Source: Penicillus capitatus (taxonomy: Eukaryota; Plantae; Chlorophyta). From it: 64,000 nucleotides of DNA. The stretch covers positions 1,173,722 to 1,237,721 of the forward strand of contig OZ287703.1 of the NCBI GenBank assembly GCA_965649825.1. The letters are read 5' to 3'. Positions 63,165 through 64,000 of this stretch are shown here, piece after piece. Both the position numbers and the translations under genes were made by a program. The notes beneath the pieces were generated by a model. The model was given only the letters and a program-made list of their open reading frames with translations, was not told where the DNA came from and made no database searches. Positions within the stretch are counted from its first letter, which is position 1. Every line of letters begins with the position of its first letter.

Positions 63165-64000
63165 ACCGAGCCACTTTCTGTGCCATCGGGGATTTCACAC
63201 CTGAAATCTCTCATTGGATGATGCTGTTATTAGGTATCTGATGCCTTTATTGCACATGCTGTCGGCAAGCATATCGTGACTGCGCAGATCTCAAAACCGA
63301 TGTCGTCCTGTCCTGGACTTGTGTATTGATTGTATCACTAACAGCATAATTAATTACCACGTCATTGCTGGTTTTGATTGTAAGCCTTCTGATGTTTGAA
63401 CTGATTGCTTGTCGTGATACTCAAACGAGAGAAGCGGCGTGTCGAAGCAGAAAAGGCTTCTCCGCCGCAAACACATGTCCGCGATACTCCGAAGAGACGG
63501 CTTTCTAGATGTTGGCACACAAAGTTCCGGGACCACCGAAATTGACAGACAAATCTACATTCACGCTAAGGAAATCATATTAGCTCGTGCCGTATCCTTT
63601 GATATGCAGAAGCAGAATACGCGTCTATCTTGTTAATGGAGTCGGTGATCGGTATCAAAGGCTATGTGACTTTAATCTCAACCAGCAGTTGTAGAATCTG
63701 TCCACAGCTGCTAAGCCATGCATGACAATAGATTCACATCCATGACAGAAAGCTAAACGATAAAAGAAATCTAAGAAGATCTCCACATTCGCTGTGTTTC
63801 GCAAATGTGGCATCCTTCGTGAGCAGAAAGAGATGTGAAAAGTTAAAAAGATAGTTTGCCTTTTGCGTGTTAAACTTCCCCTTTCTCTGAGTACAAGACT
63901 ATGCGCCTTGGTTTCTTCGGAAGTGATTGTCGCCAAGATTTCCATCGGCGATGTGACTGTCTCGTCAGCGATGGGTCACGTGTTGAAGAGAACACCTGGT

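Overview
Eukaryotic nuclear DNA: very gene-dense, about 48% GC by eye, with many 45-65 bp spliceosomal introns. The ORF track therefore fragments most genes, and I rebuilt gene models by hand from splice sites and conserved protein motifs. A chlorophyte green alga is indicated by the gene content (plant-type GSH1, FAX-like TMEM14, 4xMA3 MRF, U-box/ARM, CRTISO-like) and by TGTAA signals downstream of many stops. A compact-genome ulvophyte such as Bryopsidales is my guess only. The standard genetic code holds, since TAA/TAG end conserved proteins at the expected place. I count about 31 protein-coding genes and 2 tRNA-Pro genes, with no prokaryotic features, CRISPR or autonomous transposon. A Hop1/ASY1 gene and a central-pair-like flagellar gene imply sexual and flagellated stages. 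The most interesting observations are: (1) a [secreted patatin + 71-aa membrane microprotein] x2 cassette, in which one patatin is active, the other lacks the catalytic serine, and the microprotein block is about 99% identical between copies; (2) same-strand gene pairs only 50-126 bp apart with no TGTAA signal, which are bicistronic candidates, notably EBP1 to MRF; (3) frequent GC-AG introns; (4) a tRNA nested antisense in an intron; (5) an Aurora-like pseudokinase; (6) a tandem G3BP-like pair, one lacking the RRM. Internal exon boundaries and some starts are inferred, not verified by transcripts.
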